Source of the DNA: Lachnospiraceae bacterium
GTDB taxonomy: Bacteria; Bacillota; Clostridia; Lachnospirales; Lachnospiraceae
NCBI GenBank assembly: GCA_045586245.1
Contig: JAZMZZ010000023.1
Location: forward strand, 1-57,662
Direction of reading: 5' to 3'
Length of the DNA stretch: 57,662 bases
The stretch's first letter is position 1. Every line of letters starts with the position of its first letter. Below are positions 1-9,344 of this stretch, piece after piece. The notes beneath the pieces are model-generated. The model made no database searches and was not told the origin of the DNA. It was given only the letters and a program-made list of their open reading frames with translations. The position numbers and the translations under genes are program-made.

Positions 1-1262
1 TTTGTAGCAAATAATTCCTGGAACATGAAACGTCCAAGTCTTGTTGCTGTATCAAGAGATGTTAAGCAGAAGCAAGAAACTGCAAGACAGATAATTGTAT
101 ATGTAACATTAACTGCGCCTTCACCAAATCCCATAGTAGCAAAGAATCCTGAGATAGCCTTACCAAAGATGATTGTAGGCGAAATTGTTTCTAAACCAAA
201 TGCTGCCTGAACAGCTGCCTGAGAACCGTCTGATGATAATGTACCAACTGCGATTAAGGAAATAACAGCAAGTACACATTCGATTAACATAGAACCGTAA
301 CCGATCATTAATGCATCACCTTCGTTATCAAGCTGCTTAGAGGTTGTACCGGAACCGATTAATGAATGGAAACCGGAAATAGCACCACATGCAATTGTGA
401 TGAATAATACAGGGAAGATAAAGTTATTACCAACCTTGAATCCAACAAATGCAGGTGTCTGGATTGCAGGATTAGCACCAATGATACCAACTACTGCTGC
501 AATCATCATGAAGTAAAGTAAGAATGAGCTTAAGTAATCTCTAGGCTGTAATAAAATCCATACAGGAGCTACAGAAGCAACAATGATGTATACGAATACG
601 ATTACCAACCAAGCTGTCTTAGGTAAGTTGATTGGGAACATGATACCGAGTGCTACACAAAGTGCAAGACCGATAACACCAACTACAGAAGCAACTGCCA
701 TAGGAGCGTTCTTTCTGTAAACGAAGAAACCAAAAGCAATAGCCAATGGGATGAATAATAAAGATGCTGTAGCAACAGAACCGTTAGCTGCACTTCCTGA
801 GAAAGAGTTAGCAACGATATCAGCAAAAGCTGCTACTACGAGTAATAATACTAACCATGCGAATACTGTGAAAAGTACTCTACATTTTCTACCCATTGTA
901 GATTCGATAACTTCACCGAGTGATTTACCTTCGTGACGGATAGAAACGAAGATAGAACCGAAATCCTGAACCGCACCGAAGAAGATACCACCGATAACGA
1001 TCCAAAGGAAACATGGAACCCATCCGAAGAATGCTGCCTGGATTGGTCCGTTGATTGGGCCTGCGCCTGCGATAGATGAGAAATGATGTCCCATTAATAC
1101 AGGAGCTTTAGCCGGTACATAGTCAACACCGTCTTCCATTGTATGAGCCGGTGTCTTCTTTTCAGGGTCAAGGCCCCAAGTTTTTGCTAAGTATTTACCG
1201 TAGGTTAAATAACCAACTACGAAAATAGCGATAGCAACTAAGATTAATACGATTGCGCTCAC
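1..1262 (-). CDS. cstA: carbon starvation protein A (CstA-family peptide/pyruvate transporter), partial; the C-terminus lies beyond the window start
   Basis: Runs off the window edge, so it is absent from the ORF track. Minus-strand translation from GTG at 1262 (GGAGGG SD 7 nt upstream) reads VSAIVLILVAIAIFVVGYLTYGKYLAKTWGLDPEKKTPAHTMEDGVDYVPAKAPVLMGHHFSSIAGAGPINGPIQAAFFGWVP. This carries the CstA HHFxxIAGAGPI signature. The frame stays open and hydrophobic down to position 1. Confidence 0.88.
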   Translation of the reverse strand, partial: MSAIVLILVAIAIFVVGYLTYGKYLAKTWGLDPEKKTPAHTMEDGVDYVPAKAPVLMGHHFSSIAGAGPINGPIQAAFFGWVPCFLWIVIGGIFFGAVQDFGSIFVSIRHEGKSLGEVIESTMGRKCRVLFTVFAWLVLLLVVAAFADIVANSFSGSAANGSVATASLLFIPLAIAFGFFVYRKNAPMAVASVVGVIGLALCVALGIMFPINLPKTAWLVIVFVYIIVASVAPVWILLQPRDYLSSFLLYFMMIAAVVGIIGANPAIQTPAFVGFKVGNNFIFPVLFITIACGAISGFHSLIGSGTTSKQLDNEGDALMIGYGSMLIECVLAVISLIAVGTLSSDGSQAAVQAAFGLETISPTIIFGKAISGFFATMGFGEGAVNVTYTIICLAVSCFCLTSLDTATRLGRFMFQELFAT

Positions 1263-1369
1263 AATTAATCCCTCCTATTTTTTTGTATAATGTGAGATTT
1301 CTTATAATAACAGGTCGCCCTGATTATAAGCAGCTTTGGTACTGCAACGGAAATATCCGTTCTTTAGTA

Positions 1370-2020
1370 TTATACGATTGGTGATTCCTGCTTAAACGGC
1401 TCTATGCCCTGTTTGTCGCATAACGCCTTAAAACCAATCTTTCCTTCGCGCATTTCTTTAAAAATGCCTTTTAAAATTTTCTTTTTCTTAGAAGATGCAA
1501 AATTATGATATACCTTCTCATCTTCCATGGATACCAGACAAATCTGAATCTGTGAATATCCTCTCATATTCATCTGATAGCCTTTATCAAAACTAAGACG
1601 CTTAACTGCCTTAATAACCTTCTTATCCGGAACCTTATCCGAAATCAAAATTACCGACATATACGAATACATATGATTCGGATCCGGAAGTTCCTGTCCC
1701 TTACGCACAAGCTGCGGCTCTACATAATCCAGCATAATCTGCTTCATCTTAGCTACATCATCTATCGTAAAACTGTCCTTATTTAAAAAGAAAATATGCT
1801 CATAACTGTCAGATGACCACATATTGGTATTACGTGTAAGAACAAACTTCTCAACATGGCTGAAAAAATAGCCGTATGCCGGAAATTCCACTCCACCAAT
1901 GGAATATGGTACATATATATCAAATGTTCCCGAATAACGGGCCAGAAGTCTGTCAAGATATCTCTCGCTTTGTGACATCTCCTGCATAAGCACTTCTGTG
2001 TTGTTAATAATATTATCCAT
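1370..2020 (-). CDS. hypothetical protein (216 aa, soluble, no recognised domain)
   Basis: Clean 216-aa ORF with an ATG start and a GGAAAG SD-like element. Same strand and compact spacing between rluD and cstA. No motif I can assign. The C-terminus is Lys-rich. Confidence 0.6.
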   Translation of the reverse strand: MDNIINNTEVLMQEMSQSERYLDRLLARYSGTFDIYVPYSIGGVEFPAYGYFFSHVEKFVLTRNTNMWSSDSYEHIFFLNKDSFTIDDVAKMKQIMLDYVEPQLVRKGQELPDPNHMYSYMSVILISDKVPDKKVIKAVKRLSFDKGYQMNMRGYSQIQICLVSMEDEKVYHNFASSKKKKILKGIFKEMREGKIGFKALCDKQGIEPFKQESPIV

Positions 2021-2129
2021 AAATCTTTCCTATCTCATTACGTTAATGCGCCAAACTACGACACAGTAACATTAAACTAATATTATCATAAAGAATGTTA
2101 AAAAACAATAAAAAAAACATCTCAAAATA

Positions 2130-3050
2130 TCATATTTTGCGTAATTTATCCAATAACGCCACAAAATATTCCGGTAATGGTGCTAAAGTCTCAATATATT
2201 GCCCACTATCCGGATGTTTGAAACCAAGAATATACGCATGCAGGGTCTGACCACTTAATTTAAACGGATTTTTCCCTGTAGAATATACCTCATCCCCAAG
2301 CAAAGGATGACCAATACTTGCCATATGTACACGGATCTGATGGGTACGGCCCGTTTCCAATTCACATTCAATGTAGGTATATCCCTTAAAACGTTCCAAT
2401 ACACGGTAATGCGTTACGGCATCTTTTCCGTTTTTGTAATTAACGGACATCTTCTTACGGTCTTTTTCATCCCGCCCTATCGGGGCATTTATGCATCCCT
2501 CATCCTCTTTTAAGACACCAACACATACTGCGCGGTATCTTCTTGTAATGGAATGTTCCTTTAACTGAGCGGCTATCTCCTTATGTGCCATATCATTTTT
2601 ACAGGCAATAATGGAGCCTGTTGTATCCTTATCAATACGATGCACGATTCCCGGACGTAACACTCCGTTAATGCCGGATAAGGAATCCTTGCAATGATAC
2701 ATGAGTCCGTTAACAAGGGTATGCTCAAAATGTCCTGCCGCCGGATGTACCACCATGTCTTTTGGCTTATTTACAACGATGACATACGCATCTTCATAAA
2801 GAATATCCAAATCCATTTTCTCCGGAAGAATATCCGGCTGCGTCTGGTCCGGAATCACAAAGGATACATAATCATCAGTTTTAAGCTTATAACTGGCCTT
2901 CTGCGCTTTGCCGTTCACATAAACCTGATTCTCTTTTATCAGTTTCTGTAAATACGACCTCGAAACCGTATCGTCCGTCAACTCGCTCAACGCTTTATCC
3001 AGACGTTCATTTTCACATTCTTCGGTTATCAGAAAATGTAATTCCTGCAC
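2130..3050 (-). CDS. rluD: RluA-family 23S rRNA pseudouridine synthase (RluD-like)
   Basis: 306 aa. N-terminal S4 domain followed by the catalytic HRIDKDTTG and GRTHQIRVH motifs. GTG start 3 nt after the lspA stop, with an AAGGAG SD. lspA-rluD synteny matches B. subtilis. Confidence 0.9.
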   Translation of the reverse strand: MQELHFLITEECENERLDKALSELTDDTVSRSYLQKLIKENQVYVNGKAQKASYKLKTDDYVSFVIPDQTQPDILPEKMDLDILYEDAYVIVVNKPKDMVVHPAAGHFEHTLVNGLMYHCKDSLSGINGVLRPGIVHRIDKDTTGSIIACKNDMAHKEIAAQLKEHSITRRYRAVCVGVLKEDEGCINAPIGRDEKDRKKMSVNYKNGKDAVTHYRVLERFKGYTYIECELETGRTHQIRVHMASIGHPLLGDEVYSTGKNPFKLSGQTLHAYILGFKHPDSGQYIETLAPLPEYFVALLDKLRKI

Positions 3051-3053
3051 AAA

Positions 3054-3581
3054 TTACTCCTTCTTTTTTCCAAGGAAATCAAAATCCTCGTCTTTGTAAA
3101 AAAACAACACCAGTAACGCAAGTACTACACACGATACCGAAACATAAATATCTGCTACATTAAATATCGGGAAATCAATTAATTTAAAATAAAAGAAATC
3201 CACAACATAATTAAACTGTATACGGTCAATCATATTACCAACCGCACCGGATGCAATCAGAACAAGTAAAATCTCCAGCATTGCATAGTGCTTATTACGG
3301 GGTAATTTAATCAAAAGATAACCGATAATCACTAAAATTACTGCGGCAATCGTTACAAACAATATCTTCTGATTCTGTAACATGCCAAATGCAGCCCCTC
3401 TGTTCTCCAGATAATGCAATTCAAAAACACCATCCCATAAAACATATGCCGGTTTGTCTTTTAAATATACCACTGCAAGATTTTTTGTAATCTGATCTAA
3501 TATAACCAATAATACAAAAAACAAAATATCCAAAAAGAAAAATAAACCTTTTGATTTACTCGAAGTCTTCAACGTAAACAA
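3054..3581 (-). CDS. lspA: lipoprotein signal peptidase II
   Basis: 175 aa with 4 TM segments. LspA motifs NRGAAFG and FNVADIYVS are present. The ORF-track start is a TTG at 3581 that abuts the SD; the TTG at 3572, 10 nt after GGAG, may be the real start. The gene overlaps the aroB 3' end. Confidence 0.9.
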   Translation of the reverse strand: MFTLKTSSKSKGLFFFLDILFFVLLVILDQITKNLAVVYLKDKPAYVLWDGVFELHYLENRGAAFGMLQNQKILFVTIAAVILVIIGYLLIKLPRNKHYAMLEILLVLIASGAVGNMIDRIQFNYVVDFFYFKLIDFPIFNVADIYVSVSCVVLALLVLFFYKDEDFDFLGKKKE

Positions 3582-4659
3582 TCTCCTTCAATGCCGCACG
3601 GATTTCATCATCGGTTACGCTTCTGTCGATAACCGCTTTACCGATTTTCTTTAATAAAATAAACTTAATCTGGTTGTTTTCCATTTTTTTGTCTGATTTG
3701 GTAATACTGAGCACTTCTTCAATATCCACATCATCAATACTGATTGGAAGATTAAACGGAACAAACATATCCCTGATTTCATAATACTCTTCCATAGAAA
3801 GCATTTCCCTCTTCCATGAAATATATGCTGCCGCAATACAGCCAAGTGCCACACACTCCCCATGTGTCATGGTAAAATTCTTATATTTCTCAATGGCATG
3901 ACCAATCGTATGTCCAAGGTTCAAAAGCGCACGGTCACCTTTTTCCGTCGGATCCTTTTCTACGATAAAACGTTTGATATCGCAGCTTCTGTATACCAGT
4001 TCCTGTAACACTTCCGGTTCCCTGTCACAGATTTCGTAAATATGATCAATCTGCCATTCATAAAATCTTGCATCCCTAATCAATGCAGACTTCATTGCTT
4101 CCGCAAATCCGGAATAAAACTGTCTCTCATCTAAAGTAGACAATACATTCAGGTTCATATATACAAGCCGGGGCATATTAAAGGCTCCCACCATATTCTT
4201 ATACTGTCTGAAATCCACACCGGTTTTACCGCCGACACTACTGTCTACCATGGATAAAAGAGTCGTCGGAACCTGTATAAAATCAATGCCTCTTAAGTAT
4301 GTCGCAGCCGCAAAGCCGGTCATATCACCGGTAACGCCGCCACCAAGAGCCACAAGGAAATCTCTTCTCTCAAAATGCTCTTCAATCAACTTTTCAAGCA
4401 AATCCTGAACCGTGTCCAGATTCTTATTTTCTTCTCCGCTTTGGAAAACAAATATTGACACGGTATTACCTGCGCCTTCCAGTACCGTCTTAAGTTCCTG
4501 GGCATAAAGCGGACTTACAATACTGTCTGTAACAATACAGGCTTTTTTGTCTGTAAGTTCTAAACGGACTAATTCTTCCTTTAATCCCTCAAACCCCAAA
4601 TCATATACTATGTCATAATTCAAACCGTTTTTTACGGCAATCTCTAATCTCTCGCTCAT
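3556..4659 (-). CDS. aroB: 3-dehydroquinate synthase
   Basis: 367 aa. Core sequence GGGVTGDMTGFAAATYLRGIDFIQVPTTLLSMVDSSVGGKTGVD. Metal-ligand motifs HTIGHAIE and HGECVALG. ATG start at 4659. Confidence 0.92.
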   Translation of the reverse strand: MSERLEIAVKNGLNYDIVYDLGFEGLKEELVRLELTDKKACIVTDSIVSPLYAQELKTVLEGAGNTVSIFVFQSGEENKNLDTVQDLLEKLIEEHFERRDFLVALGGGVTGDMTGFAAATYLRGIDFIQVPTTLLSMVDSSVGGKTGVDFRQYKNMVGAFNMPRLVYMNLNVLSTLDERQFYSGFAEAMKSALIRDARFYEWQIDHIYEICDREPEVLQELVYRSCDIKRFIVEKDPTEKGDRALLNLGHTIGHAIEKYKNFTMTHGECVALGCIAAAYISWKREMLSMEEYYEIRDMFVPFNLPISIDDVDIEEVLSITKSDKKMENNQIKFILLKKIGKAVIDRSVTDDEIRAALKEIVYVEDFE

Positions 4660-4696
4660 ATTGTATCCTTTACGTATCTCTGTATAACATTATCTC

Positions 4697-4727
4697 AATA
4701 AAAAACCCTGCGGGGTTCGCAGGGTTA
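4697..4727 (-). terminator. rho-independent terminator after sepF
   Basis: On the minus strand: AACCCUGCG-aaccc-CGCAGGGUU, a 9-bp GC-rich stem, followed by UUUUUUAUU. It lies 16 nt downstream of the sepF stop. Confidence 0.8.
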
Positions 4728-4742
4728 AAACGTTGCAAAAAT

Positions 4743-5234
4743 TTATAAAGATGGAACGTCAAATGAACCGCTAAGAATCTCCTGGAAATCTCCCGAAATA
4801 TCCACGCTTGCCGGTGTAATAATAAATATGTAATGTGATATCTTCTGCAGATTACCGCTAATAGCATAGCAGGAACCAGATGTAAAATCGATAATTCTCT
4901 GCGCAATATCAACATCAAGACCTTCCATATTAAGTACTACGGTACGATTTGCTAATAAAGTCTCGGTAATCTCTCTAGCATCTTCTACTGAATTAGGTTT
5001 GATAACACATACTTCCATTCCTGAACCTACCACTTTCTTCTGCTGTCTGACAGGGGTAATACGGCTTACCGGCTGTCTCTTCGGTTCGTTAACAGTCTCT
5101 GCCTTGGAAATAGAAACCGTTCTTTCAGCGACAACATCTTCATCATCAAGATATTCGTCATCATCTTCAAACATATCATCATCATTTCCTTCGGAAATCT
5201 TCATTGCACTGATAAATGAGTCCATAAGTCCCAT
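4743..5234 (-). CDS. sepF: cell division protein SepF
   Basis: 163 aa. Acidic linker followed by the SepF core NRTVVLNMEGLDVDIAQRIIDFTSGSCYAISGNLQKIS. AAGGAG SD 7 nt upstream. Follows ylmE as in dcw clusters. Confidence 0.9.
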   Translation of the reverse strand: MGLMDSFISAMKISEGNDDDMFEDDDEYLDDEDVVAERTVSISKAETVNEPKRQPVSRITPVRQQKKVVGSGMEVCVIKPNSVEDAREITETLLANRTVVLNMEGLDVDIAQRIIDFTSGSCYAISGNLQKISHYIFIITPASVDISGDFQEILSGSFDVPSL

Positions 5235-5251
5235 AACACTTCACTCCTTAC

Positions 5252-5953
5252 TTACTGCGTAGAAACCGCATAATCACGTTCTCCAAAAATGGCGGTGCCG
5301 ACACGTACTAAATTAGAACCTTCTTCAATGGCTGTCCCATAATCTCCCGACATACCCATAGACAGAAAATCCATAGATACATTATCAATGTTTTTTTGCA
5401 TTATGTCAACAGATAATTGCTTTAATGCATTAAAATGTACTCTATTCTCTTCCCCATCCTCAACAAACGGAGCAATCGTCATAAGACCTTGAATCTGAAT
5501 TCCGGGCAGATGGTTAATCTGTCTGATGAAAGACTCACACTCTGATAAAGAAACGCCGAATTTACTCTCTTCACCCGCCACATTCACTTCTATCAGAATC
5601 GGAATCACGCGTCCGGCTTTTATAGCTTCTTTGCTGATTACTTCAGCCAGTTTTACACTGTCTACCGAATGAATCATATATACTTTGTCAGCAATATACT
5701 TTACCTTATTTGTCTGTAAATGCCCAATCATATGCCAACGGATATCGGATGGAAGCTTATCGTATTTGGCAATGATTTCCTGTACTTTGTTCTCTCCAAA
5801 ATCCCTGGCGCCGGCATCGTATGCTTCCTGCAACAATGCAACCGGTTTTGTCTTGCTGACTGCAATTAATCGGACATCTTCCGGTGTCCTGCCAACAGAT
5901 AATGCTCTATTATTTACTTCACAAAGAACATTTTTATAATTGTTTCCAACCAT
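5252..5953 (-). CDS. yggS: YggS/YlmE-family pyridoxal-phosphate homeostasis protein
   Basis: 233 aa. Motifs VSKTKP (PLP lysine), HMIGHLQTNK and SMGMSGDY. AAGAGG SD. Confidence 0.9.
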   Translation of the reverse strand: MVGNNYKNVLCEVNNRALSVGRTPEDVRLIAVSKTKPVALLQEAYDAGARDFGENKVQEIIAKYDKLPSDIRWHMIGHLQTNKVKYIADKVYMIHSVDSVKLAEVISKEAIKAGRVIPILIEVNVAGEESKFGVSLSECESFIRQINHLPGIQIQGLMTIAPFVEDGEENRVHFNALKQLSVDIMQKNIDNVSMDFLSMGMSGDYGTAIEEGSNLVRVGTAIFGERDYAVSTQ

Positions 5954-5996
5954 CTATAAACCTCTTATATGCATTGACCGTTTTGGTCACTGCCAA

Positions 5997-7397
5997 TTAA
6001 TCATATATAAATTCATCTTCATGAACACTTTCCGCATCCAGCACAATATGGTCATACGCAATCAGACCATACTTGGTATTGGACTGGATAATGGAATATT
6101 CTTCATTCTGATTCAATATCTGAATCTGCTTAAAATCAGCATATCCCTTGTTAATATTATACACACCAACCAAAGTTCCGGATTTAGAAACCGTATGTCT
6201 TTCGTTGGAATCGGTTCTAAGCAGGTTATCTCCCACACGAAGTACCGAATCGTCTATATAATATTCCCCGTTCTCCTCATTATAAATGCTTACTTCAATA
6301 AATTCAGGAATTACGGAACCATCTTCGTTATAGGTCTCACGCAAAACACCCATGGCCAAATTCTTGCCGCCCTTTTCCACAAAATTAGTCGGAATAAGGA
6401 AAAATTCTTTCTCAACAATTGCAGAATTCGGGACTTTAAGACCGGATTCCACATCCAAAATCAACTCAATATCTACAAAACGGTCCGTTGCAAAAGTTAT
6501 CATGGAATTGGTAAAGGTAAGCTCGACATACGTTTCATTATCAAGTCCCGTGACAACATTTACTTTTCCCCAGGATTCATTCTGGTTTTTCAAAAAGCGG
6601 ACCTTTACATATTCTTCCTCAAGCAGCTCCTGCGCCCTGTCTTTTTCAAGAGGAAATAATAGGCTCCATCTCTCATCGGTTGCTAATTTATAAATAACAT
6701 CCCCACTCTCAACAATCGAATTGCTGATTAGCTGGACTTTTTCGTAGTTTTCCTTTTCAAACCATTCCTTAGAAATCTCCGATGACGTTTTCCCCTCAAA
6801 ACCATCAACCGAATATACAACAATACCGGAATCCGGTGCATTACAGATATTAATTGTACTTCCGATTGAAGTTCCATACAAACTGCTGATATTATCAAGC
6901 AAATTCGAATTGGCAAATTTAAGAACACTGCCATCTATACTGAATTTAAAATCATAAACCGTTGAGAAATGATTCTTTTGGAAAGAACCGGCAAAATCCG
7001 CCACCTGGCCTCTGATTTCCATAAGGTCCTTTTCACTAAGCAAAACCTGCTCGGTATCAATTCCGTCAACCAACTCCAGAATCTGTCCCGATTCGTCCAC
7101 CGTACATACCAACTGATAAGCACCGATTCTCTCGCCTTCTTTTGCAAAGTAGTTGATATATCCGGAATTTGCACTGTTTACAACGGTCTCTTCACGTAAA
7201 GCAATGGCTTCATAAACATTGGTCTCAGACAAAGAGCCCGATTTCACCTCGTATCCGTATATCTGTTTTTTGTTAAAATACATAAAAACACAGATAATCA
7301 CATACAAAAGGATAACCGCAAAGAAAATCATTCCTATATTCAGATTAATTGGTTTTTTATAGGCACGAACATTCCCATTACCGGCTGCCACTTTCAT
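5997..7397 (-). CDS. HlyD-family membrane-fusion-like protein with an N-terminal membrane anchor (putative)
   Basis: 466 aa. One N-terminal TM segment (IGMIFFAVILLYVIICVFMYF). A barrel-sandwich/lipoyl-like segment (SGYINYFAKEGERIGAYQLVCTVDESG). Beta-rich C-terminal domains resemble Clostridial HlyD-family annotations. No transporter gene is adjacent. A GTG at 7391 has better SD spacing than the ATG at 7397. Confidence 0.45.
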   Translation of the reverse strand: MKVAAGNGNVRAYKKPINLNIGMIFFAVILLYVIICVFMYFNKKQIYGYEVKSGSLSETNVYEAIALREETVVNSANSGYINYFAKEGERIGAYQLVCTVDESGQILELVDGIDTEQVLLSEKDLMEIRGQVADFAGSFQKNHFSTVYDFKFSIDGSVLKFANSNLLDNISSLYGTSIGSTINICNAPDSGIVVYSVDGFEGKTSSEISKEWFEKENYEKVQLISNSIVESGDVIYKLATDERWSLLFPLEKDRAQELLEEEYVKVRFLKNQNESWGKVNVVTGLDNETYVELTFTNSMITFATDRFVDIELILDVESGLKVPNSAIVEKEFFLIPTNFVEKGGKNLAMGVLRETYNEDGSVIPEFIEVSIYNEENGEYYIDDSVLRVGDNLLRTDSNERHTVSKSGTLVGVYNINKGYADFKQIQILNQNEEYSIIQSNTKYGLIAYDHIVLDAESVHEDEFIYD

Positions 7398-7416
7398 TCC
7401 TCCAACTTAAAAACTT

Positions 7417-7448
7417 GAAAAAAGCCCCGGATTATTCTCCGAGGCTTT
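7417..7448 (-). terminator. rho-independent terminator or attenuator after the mini P-loop gene
   Basis: On the minus strand: AAAGCCUCGG-agaauaau-CCGGGGCUUU (one G-U pair) followed by UUUUUC. It sits 10 nt after the stop at 7459 and about 20 nt before the SD of the next gene. Confidence 0.6.
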
Positions 7449-7458
7449 CCGTTACATA

Positions 7459-7878
7459 TTAAAGCTCTACTGTAATATATTCACGAATTTCTTCATCTAT
7501 ATCAGAAGCATCCAATGTTACACTTGCTGTAAATTTCACATCAAATTTCTTACCGATTAAAGCTAATCTCTTAACAACTGTTGTTAATTCAGACTTATCT
7601 GTCTTAGCAACCTTTAATACTGCATCTATGTACATCTGCTCAATATCATGATCCTGTGAAAGGATACCGCATACAAATCCTAAAAATTCAGAACTATTTG
7701 TAAAATCGTACTCTGCTACATTAACGAGACGAACCTTATTATTCAATTCAAACATATGCTTATCGTTTCTGTCGATGAAAACGATATTACCGGAAGCGGT
7801 CTTAATCTCTGAATTAACACGCTCCAATAACTGCTTAGTCTTACCTTTACCTTCTTTACCTACAATTAACTGTACCAT
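7459..7878 (-). CDS. small P-loop NTPase of unknown function (139 aa)
   Basis: Walker A GKEGKGKT at residues 7-14. Walker-B-like IVFID at about residue 32. GGAGG SD 10 nt upstream. Has its own putative promoter and a terminator. Confidence 0.6.
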   Translation of the reverse strand: MVQLIVGKEGKGKTKQLLERVNSEIKTASGNIVFIDRNDKHMFELNNKVRLVNVAEYDFTNSSEFLGFVCGILSQDHDIEQMYIDAVLKVAKTDKSELTTVVKRLALIGKKFDVKFTASVTLDASDIDEEIREYITVEL

Positions 7879-7969
7879 GTGTAGAAAACCTCCTGAAGTA
7901 TATTTTGGAATACATTGTACGTATAAAATACCTTACTGATATTATAGGCTATCACGGCCAAAAAAACAA

Positions 7970-8941
7970 CTAATTATTTATCTCAGATAACAAATCTGTC
8001 ATTTCCTGATACATAAGCCCGCGGTCACTTGCTTTTAGTAAAACAGAGATATACGGATTGCCTGCCGTATCCTTTGTAAGAAGAATCAGACAATTCCCGG
8101 CTGCATTAGTAGTTCCCGTCTTACCGCCGATTAATGTAATCTTATCCGGCACGGAATATTCCTCCCTGAAATACAGGTTTGTGGATTTAAATTCCATTTC
8201 CTTCTCATCACCATCTGCGCTGTAATAAACGGTAGAATACTCGTTCATATGAATAATCTGATTGAACAGTTCATATTGCATGGCTTCATTCATCATCAGA
8301 TACATATCGTATGCCGTGACATAATGTTCACTCTCAGTCAGACCGTGAGGATTCACAAAATGACTGTTGGTTGCTCCGATTGCTATTGCCTCTTCATTCA
8401 TCATTTCGGCAAACTCTTCCACACTGCCCCCGATATGTTCCGCAATGGCAATTGCCGCATCATTGGCAGATGTAATGAGCAATGCATGAAGTGCCTGGTT
8501 TAAGGTAAGGGTATCTCCTTCTTTTAAACCACACACTGTAGCACCGGATTCTTCTATCTTAACATTTCTGGTACAAACTATGGTATCTTCCGTATTTCCG
8601 TATTTGATGGCAACAAGTGCCGTCATAATCTTGGTCAGACTTGCAGGATTCAGCCTCTCATGAATATTCTTGGCATAAATCACTTCATTCTTATTCACAT
8701 CAAATAATCCTGCCGCCGATTGTGCCTCAATATCTACATCCGTCCCGTCCGTAACATTACCGTTCACAACACAGATGTCAGAAGCAAAAGTATCCGTTCT
8801 CTGATCCGAAGACATGGCATTCGGTATATTGGCCGTTCTCTCATAGGTTAGAGAAAGTTCTTCCTTACCGCAAGCCGTTAAAGAAATAAGAAGCATGGAA
8901 GTAATAATTACATAGGCTAAACGCTTACTTATACATTTCAC
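7970..8941 (-). CDS. D-alanyl-D-alanine carboxypeptidase (S11 low-MW PBP), lipoprotein
   Basis: 323 aa. Signal peptide with lipobox LISLTAC. Motifs SLTK (SxxK), SAN (SxN) and KTGTT (KTG). GTG start overlaps the mgsA 3' end by 17 nt. Confidence 0.85.
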   Translation of the reverse strand: MKCISKRLAYVIITSMLLISLTACGKEELSLTYERTANIPNAMSSDQRTDTFASDICVVNGNVTDGTDVDIEAQSAAGLFDVNKNEVIYAKNIHERLNPASLTKIMTALVAIKYGNTEDTIVCTRNVKIEESGATVCGLKEGDTLTLNQALHALLITSANDAAIAIAEHIGGSVEEFAEMMNEEAIAIGATNSHFVNPHGLTESEHYVTAYDMYLMMNEAMQYELFNQIIHMNEYSTVYYSADGDEKEMEFKSTNLYFREEYSVPDKITLIGGKTGTTNAAGNCLILLTKDTAGNPYISVLLKASDRGLMYQEMTDLLSEINN

Positions 8942-9320
8942 GCCACTCTAAATCTCCTCTATCCAATGACTTAATCAACAGTTCCGCAGTTGCAAGATTG
9001 GTTGCCAAAGGTATATTATGCATATCGCATAATCTTACAATATTATTAACATCCGGCTCATGCATCTTAGGGCTTAAAGGCTCTCTTAAAAAGATAACCA
9101 AATCCACCTCATTATGTTCGATGGATGCACCAATCTGCTGTTCTCCGCCAAGATGTCCGGCAAGATACTTATGTACCGATAAATTGGTTACTTCTTCAAT
9201 CAATCTGCCGGTCGTACCTGTCGCATATAATGAATTTTTACTTAAAATCCCTCTGTATGCAATACAAAAATTCTGCATCAGCTTTTTCTTAGAATCATGA
9301 GCAATTAATGCAATGTTCAT
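8925..9320 (-). CDS. mgsA: methylglyoxal synthase
   Basis: [21 protein letters not shown] and HLGGEQQIG match MgsA. I moved the start to the ATG at 9320 (GAGAGGA SD about 7 nt upstream) from the ORF-track 9341. Confidence 0.9.
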   Translation of the reverse strand: MNIALIAHDSKKKLMQNFCIAYRGILSKNSLYATGTTGRLIEEVTNLSVHKYLAGHLGGEQQIGASIEHNEVDLVIFLREPLSPKMHEPDVNNIVRLCDMHNIPLATNLATAELLIKSLDRGDLEWREMYK

Positions 9321-9344
9321 TTCTATTCCTCTCTTTTGCAAAAC

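Noticed and set aside
25-936. Plus-strand 61-aa ORFs at 25-210 and 751-936, and the minus-strand 77-aa ORF at 56951-57184
   Set aside because: They are antisense to the two edge-truncated genes that the ORF track missed (cstA and the ABC-F ATPase). Those genes give long, motif-bearing translations on the opposite strand.
5940-6659. 239-aa plus-strand ORF, the longest plus-strand ORF in the track
   Set aside because: It is entirely antisense to the HlyD-like gene and the ylmE start. It begins with a TTG and has no SD. Its composition is dominated by Ile/Phe/Asn/Lys, as expected when the complement of an AT-rich coding strand is translated. No motif is present.
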